From contig PLAD01000145.1 in the NCBI GenBank assembly GCA_003134215.1, forward strand, positions 1-41,774: a stretch of 41,774 nucleotides of DNA, read 5' to 3'. Below are positions 1 to 8,220 of the stretch, piece by piece. The notes beneath the pieces were generated by a model, which was not told the origin of the DNA, ran no database searches, and saw nothing but the letters and a program-made list of their open reading frames with translations. The stretch comes from Armatimonadota bacterium (GTDB taxonomy: Bacteria > Armatimonadota > Armatimonadia > Armatimonadales > Capsulimonadaceae). Within the stretch, counting starts at the first letter, position 1. Each line of letters opens with the position of its first letter. Made by a program: the position numbers and the translations under genes.

Positions 1-1641
1 GGACCGAAGACGCGCAAGGTTGAAGGCATTACGTCTTGCTACGACTACTCCGACCGAACCGGTATGCGAGTGGTCATCGAATTGCGGCGAGATGCGTATC
101 CTAAGAAAATCCTGAACTTCCTGCTGAAGCATACGCCGATGCGGATGAACTTCAGTGTAAACATGTTGGCCCTGGTTAACAACCAGCCGCGCCTACTGAC
201 ACTCAAAGATGCTCTGGTCCACTATATCGAGCATCGCCGAGAAGTGATCCGCAGACGGACATTGTTCGACCTGAACCGACTCAAGAGCCGCGCCCACTTA
301 CTCGAAGGTTTACAGATCGCGCTCGATGTACTCGACGATATCATCGCGCTGATCCGCCGGTCGCGAACCCCGGAGATAGCTCGCACGGAAATGATGGCGC
401 GCTGGGCGCTGTCGCAACTCCAAGCCGACGCGATCCTGGCTATGCAGCTTCGACAGTTGACTTCGCTCGAGCGTGAAAAGATCGAGAGCGACTACAAAGA
501 AGTCCTCAAGCAGATCGCCTTCCTCGAAGATATTCTGTCGTCCGCAGTGCGGGTCAATCAGATCTTGAAGCAGGAACTTCGTGGACTGCGGGACAAACAC
601 GGCGACGAGCGCCGCACCAGGCTCATTCCCACCGAAGCCGATGAAATCGGCGAAGAGGACATGATCCCGGAAGAAGAGACTATTATCTCGATTACGCGCG
701 ATGGTTATATTAAGAGGGTCGATAAAGACACCTATCCGACACAGCATCGGGCAGGGCGCGGTCGAAAGGGAGCATCGATCAAGGAGGAAGACAGCATTGA
801 ACATCTGTTCATTGCCACCACCCACCACTTTATCCTTTTCTTTACCGATCGCGGCCGAGTGTATCGTTTAAAAGCCTACGAAGTGCCGGCAACATCGCGT
901 CAGGCCATGGGCACGGCAGTTGTCAATTTGATCAACATCCTGCCCGGAGAGCGCATAACTGCGGTTGTGCCGATGCGCGAGTACAAGGATACAGAAGGGT
1001 TCCTGCTCTTCGCGACCGAAGCCGGAGAAGTGAAGCGCTCCGCCGTCGCCGACTTCAAAAACCTTCGGGCAAGTGGGCTGGTCTGTTTCGATATCGAAGA
1101 GAACGATGCGCTAAGATGGGTTGCCCATACGACCGGTGAAAACGAAGTCGTGCTGGTAACACGCAAGGGCATGTCCATTAGGTTTGCCGAGTCGGATGTT
1201 CCGGTCCGTGGTCGAACCGCCGGCGGTGTTCGCGGTATCCGCCTGTCGGTGGCGAAGGGCGACCAGGTGGTGGGAATGGGACTGGTAGACTCCGTGCAGG
1301 ATCTGCTGGTCATCAGCGAACTCGGTCTTGGTAAACGCACGAAGCTGAAAGAATACCGTTCCCAGACACGCGGCGGCATTGGGCTAAGAACGGTTAACTT
1401 GAACTCGAAAACCGGCGATCTGGTGGATGCCAAGGTGGTGACATCGGACGATCGGTTATTGATTATGACCCGCAACGGCGTGACTATCAGAATTAATGTC
1501 GGCGATGTGCGTGAAACCAAGGGCCGAAACACTGCGGGGGTCAAGATGATCAATCTCGATTCCGGGGACAGCGTCGCTACTGTCGAGCGAGTGACCGCAC
1601 AGAAAGAACCCGATGAGATCGGCGAAATCATTACGCCGTAG
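1..1641 (+). CDS. gyrA: DNA gyrase subunit A, C-terminal part (5-prime end lies outside the window)
   Basis: Frame 1 is open from base 1. The translation ...DYSDRTGMRVVIELRRDAYPKKILNFLLKHTPM...LLTLKDALVHYIEHRREVIRRR matches the GyrA tower and coiled-coil region. It is followed by repeated GyrA C-terminal beta-pinwheel blades (ITRDGYIKR, VTRKGMSIRF, MTRNGVTIRI). Stop is TAG at 1639-1641. Confidence 0.93.
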   Translation, partial: GPKTRKVEGITSCYDYSDRTGMRVVIELRRDAYPKKILNFLLKHTPMRMNFSVNMLALVNNQPRLLTLKDALVHYIEHRREVIRRRTLFDLNRLKSRAHLLEGLQIALDVLDDIIALIRRSRTPEIARTEMMARWALSQLQADAILAMQLRQLTSLEREKIESDYKEVLKQIAFLEDILSSAVRVNQILKQELRGLRDKHGDERRTRLIPTEADEIGEEDMIPEEETIISITRDGYIKRVDKDTYPTQHRAGRGRKGASIKEEDSIEHLFIATTHHFILFFTDRGRVYRLKAYEVPATSRQAMGTAVVNLINILPGERITAVVPMREYKDTEGFLLFATEAGEVKRSAVADFKNLRASGLVCFDIEENDALRWVAHTTGENEVVLVTRKGMSIRFAESDVPVRGRTAGGVRGIRLSVAKGDQVVGMGLVDSVQDLLVISELGLGKRTKLKEYRSQTRGGIGLRTVNLNSKTGDLVDAKVVTSDDRLLIMTRNGVTIRINVGDVRETKGRNTAGVKMINLDSGDSVATVERVTAQKEPDEIGEIITP

Positions 1642-1668
1642 TTGTTTCCACTCCCTGATAGTTAAATA

Positions 1669-1716
1669 AGTTCCGTCAACCTGGCCGTAACGCCTGGATG
1701 ACGGAACTTTTTGTTT
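1669..1716 (+). terminator. Rho-independent terminator after gyrA
   Basis: Perfect 10-bp stem AGTTCCGTCA (1669-1678) / TGACGGAACT (1699-1708) with a 20-nt loop, followed directly by TTTTGTTT. Confidence 0.65.
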
Positions 1717-1777
1717 ACGTCATTTGCATGACTATCCGTAGGCGACTACGCAAACTATCTAAAGAGGATAAAAGATA

Positions 1778-2065
1778 ATGAAAAATATTACCAAAGGTTT
1801 AACGGTGCTGGCGCTGCTGACCTGTCTTACTGCTTCCGCATTTGCTCAGGGAACAATGGGAACCATGTCAGACTCCAAAATGTCGTCTCCCATGGCTGGA
1901 AAGATGTCCGACAGCAAGATGTCCGATCATAAGATGATGAGTCACAAAATGATGGACCACAAAATGATGATGTCGCACAAAATGATGATGTCAAAGAAGA
2001 TGAAGGAAGAGTCGATGAAAAAGAAGATGATGATGAAAAAAGATTCGATGAAGCCGACCATGTAG
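1778..2065 (+). CDS. Small secreted methionine/lysine/histidine-rich protein (95 aa), function unknown
   Basis: AGAGGA Shine-Dalgarno sits 9 nt before the ATG. Sec-type signal peptide MKNITKGLTVLALLTCLTASAFA-QG. The mature part carries 23 Met in about 71 residues, with repeated (D/S)HKMM(M) units. Confidence 0.6.
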   Translation: MKNITKGLTVLALLTCLTASAFAQGTMGTMSDSKMSSPMAGKMSDSKMSDHKMMSHKMMDHKMMMSHKMMMSKKMKEESMKKKMMMKKDSMKPTM

Positions 2066-2094
2066 TCGTCCGCTTTCGCATCGCACAAGAGGAA

Positions 2095-2115
2095 AGCCCC
2101 GATATTGTCGGGGCT
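2095..2115. terminator. Hairpin between convergent genes, probable terminator for the minus-strand Lpt operon
   Basis: Stem AGCCCCG (2095-2101) / CGGGGCT (2109-2115) with a 7-nt loop. On the minus strand it is followed by TTTCCTCTT. The plus-strand T tract is poor. Confidence 0.45.
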
Positions 2116-2141
2116 TATGCTGACTTCGCTAATTTAGTCGG

Positions 2142-2432
2142 CTACTCTTCGTCGTAATTTTCTTCCTGCAGTTTGCTTGCATTAATCGTATAGCGCACCG
2201 AGTTTTCCACAAATTCCGCAACTGCCTCTTCGATGCGAATCGTTTCGACTTGAGCTTCCAGCGTCTCAATTTGTCGAGCAAGCCGTATCTGCTCATCCAG
2301 GTCAGTAGTACGAGCCCCGGCCTCACGCAGGTTTCGAAGCCGTTCGACCAGCGCCTTACGCAGTGATTTCCATTCCGCAGCGCGGGTTTGATTTCCCAGC
2401 GCCTCATCGATATCATCAGGCAAATTGGACAT
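2142..2432 (-). CDS. Hypothetical acidic coiled-coil protein (96 aa), last gene of the Lpt cluster
   Basis: The ORF starts 5 nt downstream of the LptD-like gene stop. There is no signal peptide. Heptad-like stretch LDEQIRLARQIETLEAQVETIRIEE. I recognise no family. Confidence 0.45.
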   Translation of the reverse strand: MSNLPDDIDEALGNQTRAAEWKSLRKALVERLRNLREAGARTTDLDEQIRLARQIETLEAQVETIRIEEAVAEFVENSVRYTINASKLQEENYDEE

Positions 2433-2437
2433 TTTTT

Positions 2438-5002
2438 CTAATATACCTGTCCTATTCCAGTATCAAGCCCTTGTCCAAACTGGCCGACTCCAAATGGTTC
2501 GTAACCTGGGAATGCCTTTAACCGGAAATTGAGATAAAAGGAACTGCCTGGAGCAAGGTTTTGGTCGTTGCTTTGGTAGATACCGCTCAGCTCCCAGTCA
2601 TGCCAGCTTCGCGTTACTTCCAATCCTTTGTAGGTGATCTGGTCGGTCAGTCCGTCATATCCGGCGAGTGCTCTAATCGTGTATCCTGCCTGTTCGCGTT
2701 TGTCGGTAATCCAGGGGACAACCAGGTCGCCGTTAACATTCGAGAACCGGGCCGACTGCGGCACATAGTTCAGCGCCGAATTGAACGCCAGACCCCACGG
2801 AAGGGTGACGCGCGTCGTGTCGGCAACATTGAAGAGCATTCCGCGGTTTGGGTCGTAGCTTCCAGTCAGGACATTTAAAAGCCGTTTGTCAATTCTGTAC
2901 TGGACCTGACCGTTGATATCGATCCAGGGAGTGCCCGGAACACCGTCAATTTCATGGTCGGCTCCAATGTCGAATCCGCTGGAGAAAGTGGCCTCGAACC
3001 GGTTCGTGGGCTGCAGGTTTAAATTGACATTGACGTTGTTATAGCTGCCGCTTTCGTCGAAAAGAAAGGGCGTATAGCCGTAAGGGCGCAAATAGGAGTA
3101 ATCAGCGCCAAAGCTTGAGTGCTTCTGAAAGCTATAAGTCGCTCCCATCTGGTTTTGTAAGATGTATTGCGCAGTATTATTGCTGTACAGCGACTGCAAG
3201 AACGAGCCGGAAAAGCTGGTGGTGACGGCCTTCGCTTGATGCTGGTTATTACCCAGGTCGAGGCCGAGCTGCATTCGCATGTCTTCGGCATTGTCCAGCG
3301 TCTCCTTGAAGTATCCGATGTCCAGTATATATTTAGAAAGCGCAGGCAGCAGTTGCGGCAGGAGGCGATCGGTTGTGGAAGGGACGCTTTGGACATTGAT
3401 CTCGGGAAGGCGCTGCACTCCTCCGCTGATCAGTCCACTCGAACCGGATGCCGATGCATTAAAGGTGTTGGTCAAGAGTTCGAGCTGATAACCCTTGGGG
3501 TGTGAAGTGATATCAAGATTGGTCGCGAGGGTCTGCTGATAAGTGCCGGCGGCGTCTCCGATGCCCGGAGTTCCAAATTGACTCAGGTTCAGTTTGAGGT
3601 CCATGTTCGTAATACTGGAAAGTGCGTTACTCTCGTCGAAGGAAGATGTAATCGTCCGCGACGTTCCGTCACCGTAATCGCTTTGCTGGACATTCGTGTT
3701 GAGTGTTGTCGAAGCGCCCCTCACTGCTCGACTGACGGTGAACAGTCCAGAAATTGCGTTCGATTGCCCCAAACTCGATTGGTAGGAATCGTTTTGGAAC
3801 TGCGTATCAACCGACAAGCGAACATTATGAAAAAGGAGCTGGTTGTCAGTGAGAGAACCGGTTGTAGTGTTCAGGCCGGCAGAGCTGTCATTCACATGAT
3901 AAATCTGCACTTGACCGCCATTGCCCGATGTCAAACCACTGGTTCCAGTGGCATACGACTGCCCGGCAGTCGAGATCGTCGGCCCGATTGTCGGTGCATT
4001 GCCGTTCGATTGTGCGCCGTTTCCCTTCCGCCCTCCGCCGGTGGTGAAGGATTGGGTGAGTCCTGTCCCAACGCCGGCCTGGGACATAAGGTCAAGTCTG
4101 AGAATTCCGACAGCCGAAGCCGCGAGGACATAAGGGACGGCAAATTTGGCGAAGTATCCTTCTTCCTGGTCGTATCCAACCTGGGGCGTTATTCCCTGAC
4201 GCGCATAGCGGTTGTCGAGGGGAAAGAGCAAATACGGAATAGTAATAACCTTGTGGTGACGGCGGTAGAGGGTCACATCACGCGCGATTAATCGTTTGCC
4301 GGGAATGATGATCGTACTCCTAGCCTTGAAAAAGTAGTGCGGGCTCGCAAAGTCGCACGTAGTCACCGAAGTGTCTCTCGCATCGATAAATCGCGGCGTG
4401 TCTTCGATGTCGCCGCCGTACAGTCTGATTGGGAGGGCGAGGCCGGTGAGTGATGGCAGATCCGAAGGTGCGATAACCGCTGAGCCTCCAATGACGTCGT
4501 AGACTCCGCTGCGCAGGTTGAGAGTGAGTTTGCTGTTTTTTGCCAGCGAGTTTACTACTACTTTTCCGTCGTCAGAGCGCAGTCTGACATTACCCGTAAG
4601 CGCTCCGATCCCGGTGTCCGTATTTATCGTTGCGTTATCGCAGTACAGCGTGTAAGTTCGATATCTGAGACTCACATTACCATTAACGGTTGTAATGCCG
4701 TCATTGTCCATCTGAGCGCTGTCTGCAGTTTCTAGTCCTATATCATTTGGCCCCAGTTCATCTACCGGCGGCTCAAACGCCGGTGGCGCGATTACAGATG
4801 TAGGTCCTAAAGGATTGGTCGGAGCGGCGGATACATGCTGAAGCGGCGGAATTTGCGCCTGGCTTGGGGAAGGCAGGCCGGGCGGAGTACTCGATGGTGG
4901 GTTTTGGGAAAGATCTGCAGCTGAATTCGCTGTCGAAGTTGTCGACTGTGCCATGACGGGAGATGCCGCTAGCAGAAGCATAATTCCGAGAAGCCGGTAC
5001 AC
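2438..5002 (-). CDS. lptD: LptD/OstA-like outer-membrane beta-barrel protein
   Basis: Signal peptide MYRLLGIMLLLAASPVMA-Q, then a Pro/Ser-rich linker. OstA-like N-terminal domain (TVNGNVSLRYRTYTLYCDNATINTDTGIGALTGNVRLRSDDGKVVV). A long barrel follows with alternating aromatic/hydrophilic residues and a C-terminal ...GIGQVY. Its start abuts the stop of the LptF/G permease gene (5002/5003). Confidence 0.6.
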   Translation of the reverse strand: MYRLLGIMLLLAASPVMAQSTTSTANSAADLSQNPPSSTPPGLPSPSQAQIPPLQHVSAAPTNPLGPTSVIAPPAFEPPVDELGPNDIGLETADSAQMDNDGITTVNGNVSLRYRTYTLYCDNATINTDTGIGALTGNVRLRSDDGKVVVNSLAKNSKLTLNLRSGVYDVIGGSAVIAPSDLPSLTGLALPIRLYGGDIEDTPRFIDARDTSVTTCDFASPHYFFKARSTIIIPGKRLIARDVTLYRRHHKVITIPYLLFPLDNRYARQGITPQVGYDQEEGYFAKFAVPYVLAASAVGILRLDLMSQAGVGTGLTQSFTTGGGRKGNGAQSNGNAPTIGPTISTAGQSYATGTSGLTSGNGGQVQIYHVNDSSAGLNTTTGSLTDNQLLFHNVRLSVDTQFQNDSYQSSLGQSNAISGLFTVSRAVRGASTTLNTNVQQSDYGDGTSRTITSSFDESNALSSITNMDLKLNLSQFGTPGIGDAAGTYQQTLATNLDITSHPKGYQLELLTNTFNASASGSSGLISGGVQRLPEINVQSVPSTTDRLLPQLLPALSKYILDIGYFKETLDNAEDMRMQLGLDLGNNQHQAKAVTTSFSGSFLQSLYSNNTAQYILQNQMGATYSFQKHSSFGADYSYLRPYGYTPFLFDESGSYNNVNVNLNLQPTNRFEATFSSGFDIGADHEIDGVPGTPWIDINGQVQYRIDKRLLNVLTGSYDPNRGMLFNVADTTRVTLPWGLAFNSALNYVPQSARFSNVNGDLVVPWITDKREQAGYTIRALAGYDGLTDQITYKGLEVTRSWHDWELSGIYQSNDQNLAPGSSFYLNFRLKAFPGYEPFGVGQFGQGLDTGIGQVY

Positions 5003-6112
5003 CTACTCCGTTCTCCAGATAACCAGCACACCGACAGCCGCAAACACGAGATCTGGAGTCCACGCGGCGAAAAACGGAGGAACATATCCGGAAAGCCCTA
5101 AGGCCTTGGTGAGAAGCAGTGTATTCCAGGCGACGAACACCATGATAATGCTCAAGAAAACCCCCATGAACGAGCCGGTTTTTGCGAATCGAACTGCCAG
5201 AGCCGGAGAACAAAGGGCAAACGCAAAGCACAAAAAGGGCAATGCCATTTTAAACTGGTAGGCGACTTCCAGGCTGGTGGCATCGAGTCCGGTTCTCTTG
5301 AGTACAGAAATCTGTTCTTGAAGCTGTGCCATTGTGTATTGATCGGGCTGGCCGGCGAATCCGCTGCTCGGGTCCGAAAGAACTGGAATGGGAGCGCGCA
5401 GATCGAGAGTCATGGTCGATGCTCTTGCTTCTGTCGTGGTAAATCCTGCATCATCCAGCATATGCACAACCACGTTGTTCAAAGTCCAGTTTCCGTTGTC
5501 GTAGATCGCGGACTCTGCCGTAATAAACCTCGGGAAGCTGTTGATGTCCTCCGGGTTCTCGTAGATCATCACCCCTCGCACAGCCAGCGCGTTTGGATTC
5601 CCGGGGACGCCTTTTGTGGCTTCTCTGACAAAAAATGAGTAATTTTGATAATTGAAGACCCGGTTGGAGACCAGCGTGGGACTCGCAGTGATGGCATAAC
5701 CGATCATTGCTGACTGCGTCTTTTGGAACTGCACCTGCGCACGTGGGACCACCTGCTCACTCATCCAAAATGAAAATACCGACAAGACGGCGCCGAAGAT
5801 GTAAATAGGCAGAAATATTCTGGTAAGAGGTGTGCCGCTCATCCGGATCGGCGTCAGTTCGCTGTCCCGGCTCAGCCGATTCACAGCAAGCGCGGATGAT
5901 AATGCAATGCCGACAGGCAGTGTCAGTACTACGAGAGCAGGGATATTAAAAACGATCAGCCGACAGATAATCGGCAGTGGAATGTGGTTTTTGAGAATTT
6001 GGTCGAGAAGCGCATAGAGCGTGTTTCCGACCAACATCGTTATAACCGCAAAAATCCCTGCGAGAAATGGCAGGACCATTTCACCTAGCAGATAGCGGTC
6101 GAGCAGTCGCAG
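5003..6112 (-). CDS. LptF/LptG (YjgP/YjgQ) family LPS export permease
   Basis: N-terminal signature RLLDRYLLGEMVLPFL, six predicted TM segments and a central periplasmic domain. The track ORF reaches 6289 but would overlap the GH57 gene by 170 nt. A CTG at 6112-6110 preceded by GGAG at an 8-nt spacing gives the canonical N-terminus. The first ATG is at 6082. Confidence 0.75.
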   Translation of the reverse strand: MRLLDRYLLGEMVLPFLAGIFAVITMLVGNTLYALLDQILKNHIPLPIICRLIVFNIPALVVLTLPVGIALSSALAVNRLSRDSELTPIRMSGTPLTRIFLPIYIFGAVLSVFSFWMSEQVVPRAQVQFQKTQSAMIGYAITASPTLVSNRVFNYQNYSFFVREATKGVPGNPNALAVRGVMIYENPEDINSFPRFITAESAIYDNGNWTLNNVVVHMLDDAGFTTTEARASTMTLDLRAPIPVLSDPSSGFAGQPDQYTMAQLQEQISVLKRTGLDATSLEVAYQFKMALPFLCFAFALCSPALAVRFAKTGSFMGVFLSIIMVFVAWNTLLLTKALGLSGYVPPFFAAWTPDLVFAAVGVLVIWRTE

Positions 6113-6117
6113 GACAG

Positions 6118-7341
6118 TTACTCCGTGTAGTTTTCTGCTCGCCGTCGCAAGTCGTACAGCGCGGTGTGAAGGCGGGTGAAGGATTCCACTAGCGATCCGT
6201 AGGCGGAGAAATATTTGTGCACATCCCCGTCGGACAGGCTTTTGTCGCTCAGGTAGTAGAGATGGTCGCTCGTCTGCATTTTTCTCCAAATGTCGATGTA
6301 ATAGGGATTTCCTGTTTTAATAACCGAATCTTCCATTCGCTTCATCTCTTCAAAGCAGAACTGCTGCATCTCATTGCGCAGCCATGCGCTTGTATCGCGT
6401 TCTTGGTCGGCCCAGGATATGGTTTGAAAGTCGTCGACTGAGATAGTGCCGGTGACCGGAACTCGCTCAATCACATCCGAAGGTGTAGACCATTCGAGCT
6501 GCGGAAATTGCGCGACATTTTCAGGGAGGTTCCAGAGAAAATCAAAAATACCTTTTTCGGCCCAGATATGCTCGCCGATTGCTTCATAGTCCATTGCGAG
6601 AAGCACTGAGGGATCGGTATTTCCGGCAAGCCATCCCGCGAATGTCTCCGCTTTCAACGGGTAGCTGCTCCAGTTTTCGTTTGGGAAGCGATAACCGATA
6701 TCGTCAGACAGGCGGTAGTTTCTCAGCAGAATCGGAAGTCCGCACTCCGAGCCGTAGACGAAGTCTGTGGAACGCCAACCCTGCATCAGCCAGTCAACGC
6801 CCTCAGTAATGATGGCTTTGAACCCGAGCTCTTTGACTGCTATTGCAACCCCTTCGTTGTAAAGCATTTCGGTATTCCGAAAAACAGACGGACGCTGACC
6901 GAAGAGCTCGTAGACTAGATCGGAATGTTTGCCGACCTGGGTCTTGAAGTCGTTCTTTTTTGCATCGAAAAGGGACGAAAGGCTATGGTAGTAAGTTTCG
7001 CCGCAGAACTCAACCATTCCGGAGTCCGCAAGTTCCTTAAAAATGTCAATCAGGGTGGGAGCATAACGTTTGGCCTGCTCGAGGAAGGTTCCGCTTAGCC
7101 CATAAGAGAGGCGAAATGGCTTTTCGTCCATCTGATAACGCTTCACTGCGTCACGGATCATGGTAGTCGCAGGGAAATAGCACTTTTCAGCAACTTTTAG
7201 AAAGACCTCCTTGTTTAAAGGATCTTCGAAATAATAATTTTCAAGCTTCTCCTGCGGGACACTAGTTAAGCCTGTTCGTTGCTCATATGGCCGAAGGCGA
7301 AATGGCTGGTGCGCGAAAAAGTACAGTGAGACAAGAGTCAT
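6118..7341 (-). CDS. Glycoside hydrolase family 57 protein (alpha-amylase / branching-enzyme-like)
   Basis: N-terminal FFAHQPFRLRPY (the HQP motif). Also ...FCGETYYHS..., FRNTEMLYN, ...AMDYEAIGEHIW..., typical of GH57 catalytic domains. Confidence 0.78.
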   Translation of the reverse strand: MTLVSLYFFAHQPFRLRPYEQRTGLTSVPQEKLENYYFEDPLNKEVFLKVAEKCYFPATTMIRDAVKRYQMDEKPFRLSYGLSGTFLEQAKRYAPTLIDIFKELADSGMVEFCGETYYHSLSSLFDAKKNDFKTQVGKHSDLVYELFGQRPSVFRNTEMLYNEGVAIAVKELGFKAIITEGVDWLMQGWRSTDFVYGSECGLPILLRNYRLSDDIGYRFPNENWSSYPLKAETFAGWLAGNTDPSVLLAMDYEAIGEHIWAEKGIFDFLWNLPENVAQFPQLEWSTPSDVIERVPVTGTISVDDFQTISWADQERDTSAWLRNEMQQFCFEEMKRMEDSVIKTGNPYYIDIWRKMQTSDHLYYLSDKSLSDGDVHKYFSAYGSLVESFTRLHTALYDLRRRAENYTE

Positions 7342-7398
7342 ATTGCGTTATCGATTCGACAGGCAGCAGGCAATCACCTGCTTGAAAACGTTACCCAT

Positions 7399-8145
7399 CT
7401 AATTGGTTACTTGAATGCTCCAGGCCGAAATGTCGACATCTGGATCGTTAACAGGAGAGTACCCGCCGCTTCCGTTCGTTACTTCTTCGTCGCCTGTCGG
7501 TTCGTCACCTGTGGAAGTGCTGGAGTAAGTGTTGCTTTGAGTAGTCGGAATGGTAATATAGTCGTTCAGTTGGCCGGTTCCAGGGCGGCTGTCTCCAAGC
7601 GCATCGAACTCCTTGGGTGTCGTATCTTCCGGGTTGACTGGAATACGATTGGTGGCGATAAAGTTTACCTGGATATAGTTCGTTGAAGCCGCGTTTACAG
7701 TACTTGTCGCAAGTTCCGAAACGGGAATTCGAAACTGAATGGTATTGCCTCCGGACTGTACCGCCGTGTCCTGACTGGGCGCACCTACCGCCGAGCTGCT
7801 TTGCAACGTCGAGTTCGTGAAGTTGTACAGCAAATATCCGTCGCCTGGCAGCGCCGAAGAATACTCGACATAGCTTGTGGCGGCGCCGGCAACAAAGCCG
7901 TTTCCCCATGGAGGTGCGATTACCGGTATAGGGCCGGTTACGCCGTGTGGATCGTTGATATTGTTGAAGGTGACAAAGTAGAAATAGTTCGGATTGATCG
8001 TGCCTGAGACGGACATGGTAATGTTGAGCATCGCGCCTGAGCCGCTCCCGCTGCCGCTGGACGGATATTCAGCACATCCTGAAACGAGCATCAGGGTAGC
8101 GACTAGGATTACGGAGCGTAATCGATATAACATTTTCATGATCAT
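7399..8145 (-). CDS. Hypothetical lipoprotein with a Ser/Gly tether
   Basis: Lipobox LVSG-C followed by AEYPSSGSGSGSG. The rest is a beta-rich domain of unknown family. The start is uncertain (ATGs at 8187, 8145, 8139 and 8133). Confidence 0.5.
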   Translation of the reverse strand: MIMKMLYRLRSVILVATLMLVSGCAEYPSSGSGSGSGAMLNITMSVSGTINPNYFYFVTFNNINDPHGVTGPIPVIAPPWGNGFVAGAATSYVEYSSALPGDGYLLYNFTNSTLQSSSAVGAPSQDTAVQSGGNTIQFRIPVSELATSTVNAASTNYIQVNFIATNRIPVNPEDTTPKEFDALGDSRPGTGQLNDYITIPTTQSNTYSSTSTGDEPTGDEEVTNGSGGYSPVNDPDVDISAWSIQVTN

Positions 8146-8220
8146 CACACATTTGGTACCAGATAATTTGAGGATTGTTTTGAGCATTAGTTTCAGTATT
8201 TTTACCGGTTCCCCCGTTCG

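Noticed and set aside
900-1631. 243-aa ORF antisense to gyrA (and the 172-aa ORF at 310..828)
   Set aside because: It lies fully inside the strongly supported gyrA frame. Its composition is low-complexity and Ser/Arg/Pro-rich, typical of shadow ORFs opposite GC-rich coding sequence. No start signals are visible.
1850-2050. Short tandem DNA repeats (AAAATGATG units; also the GGN tract at 36761-36787) as a possible CRISPR or other non-coding repeat array
   Set aside because: The repeats are in-frame codon repeats inside ORFs with good translation signals. There is no repeat-spacer periodicity of 25-40 nt anywhere in the window.
1827-2081. 84-aa Ser-rich ORF antisense to the Met-rich gene
   Set aside because: It is the mirror image of ATG/AAG-rich codon repeats. 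The plus strand has the Shine-Dalgarno, ATG and signal peptide, while the minus-strand ORF has none of these.
3578-4291. 237-aa plus-strand ORF inside the LptD-like gene (plus several 60-125-aa ORFs on both strands between 2561 and 4179)
   Set aside because: These are out-of-frame or antisense shadows of the 854-aa outer-membrane gene. They are Arg/Cys-rich with no recognisable motifs.
6113-6289. N-terminal 59-aa extension of the LptF/G ORF given in the track
   Set aside because: It overlaps the GH57 coding region by 170 nt in another frame. The extension is Arg-rich and non-conserved in character, and the family N-terminal motif begins only after the GH57 stop.
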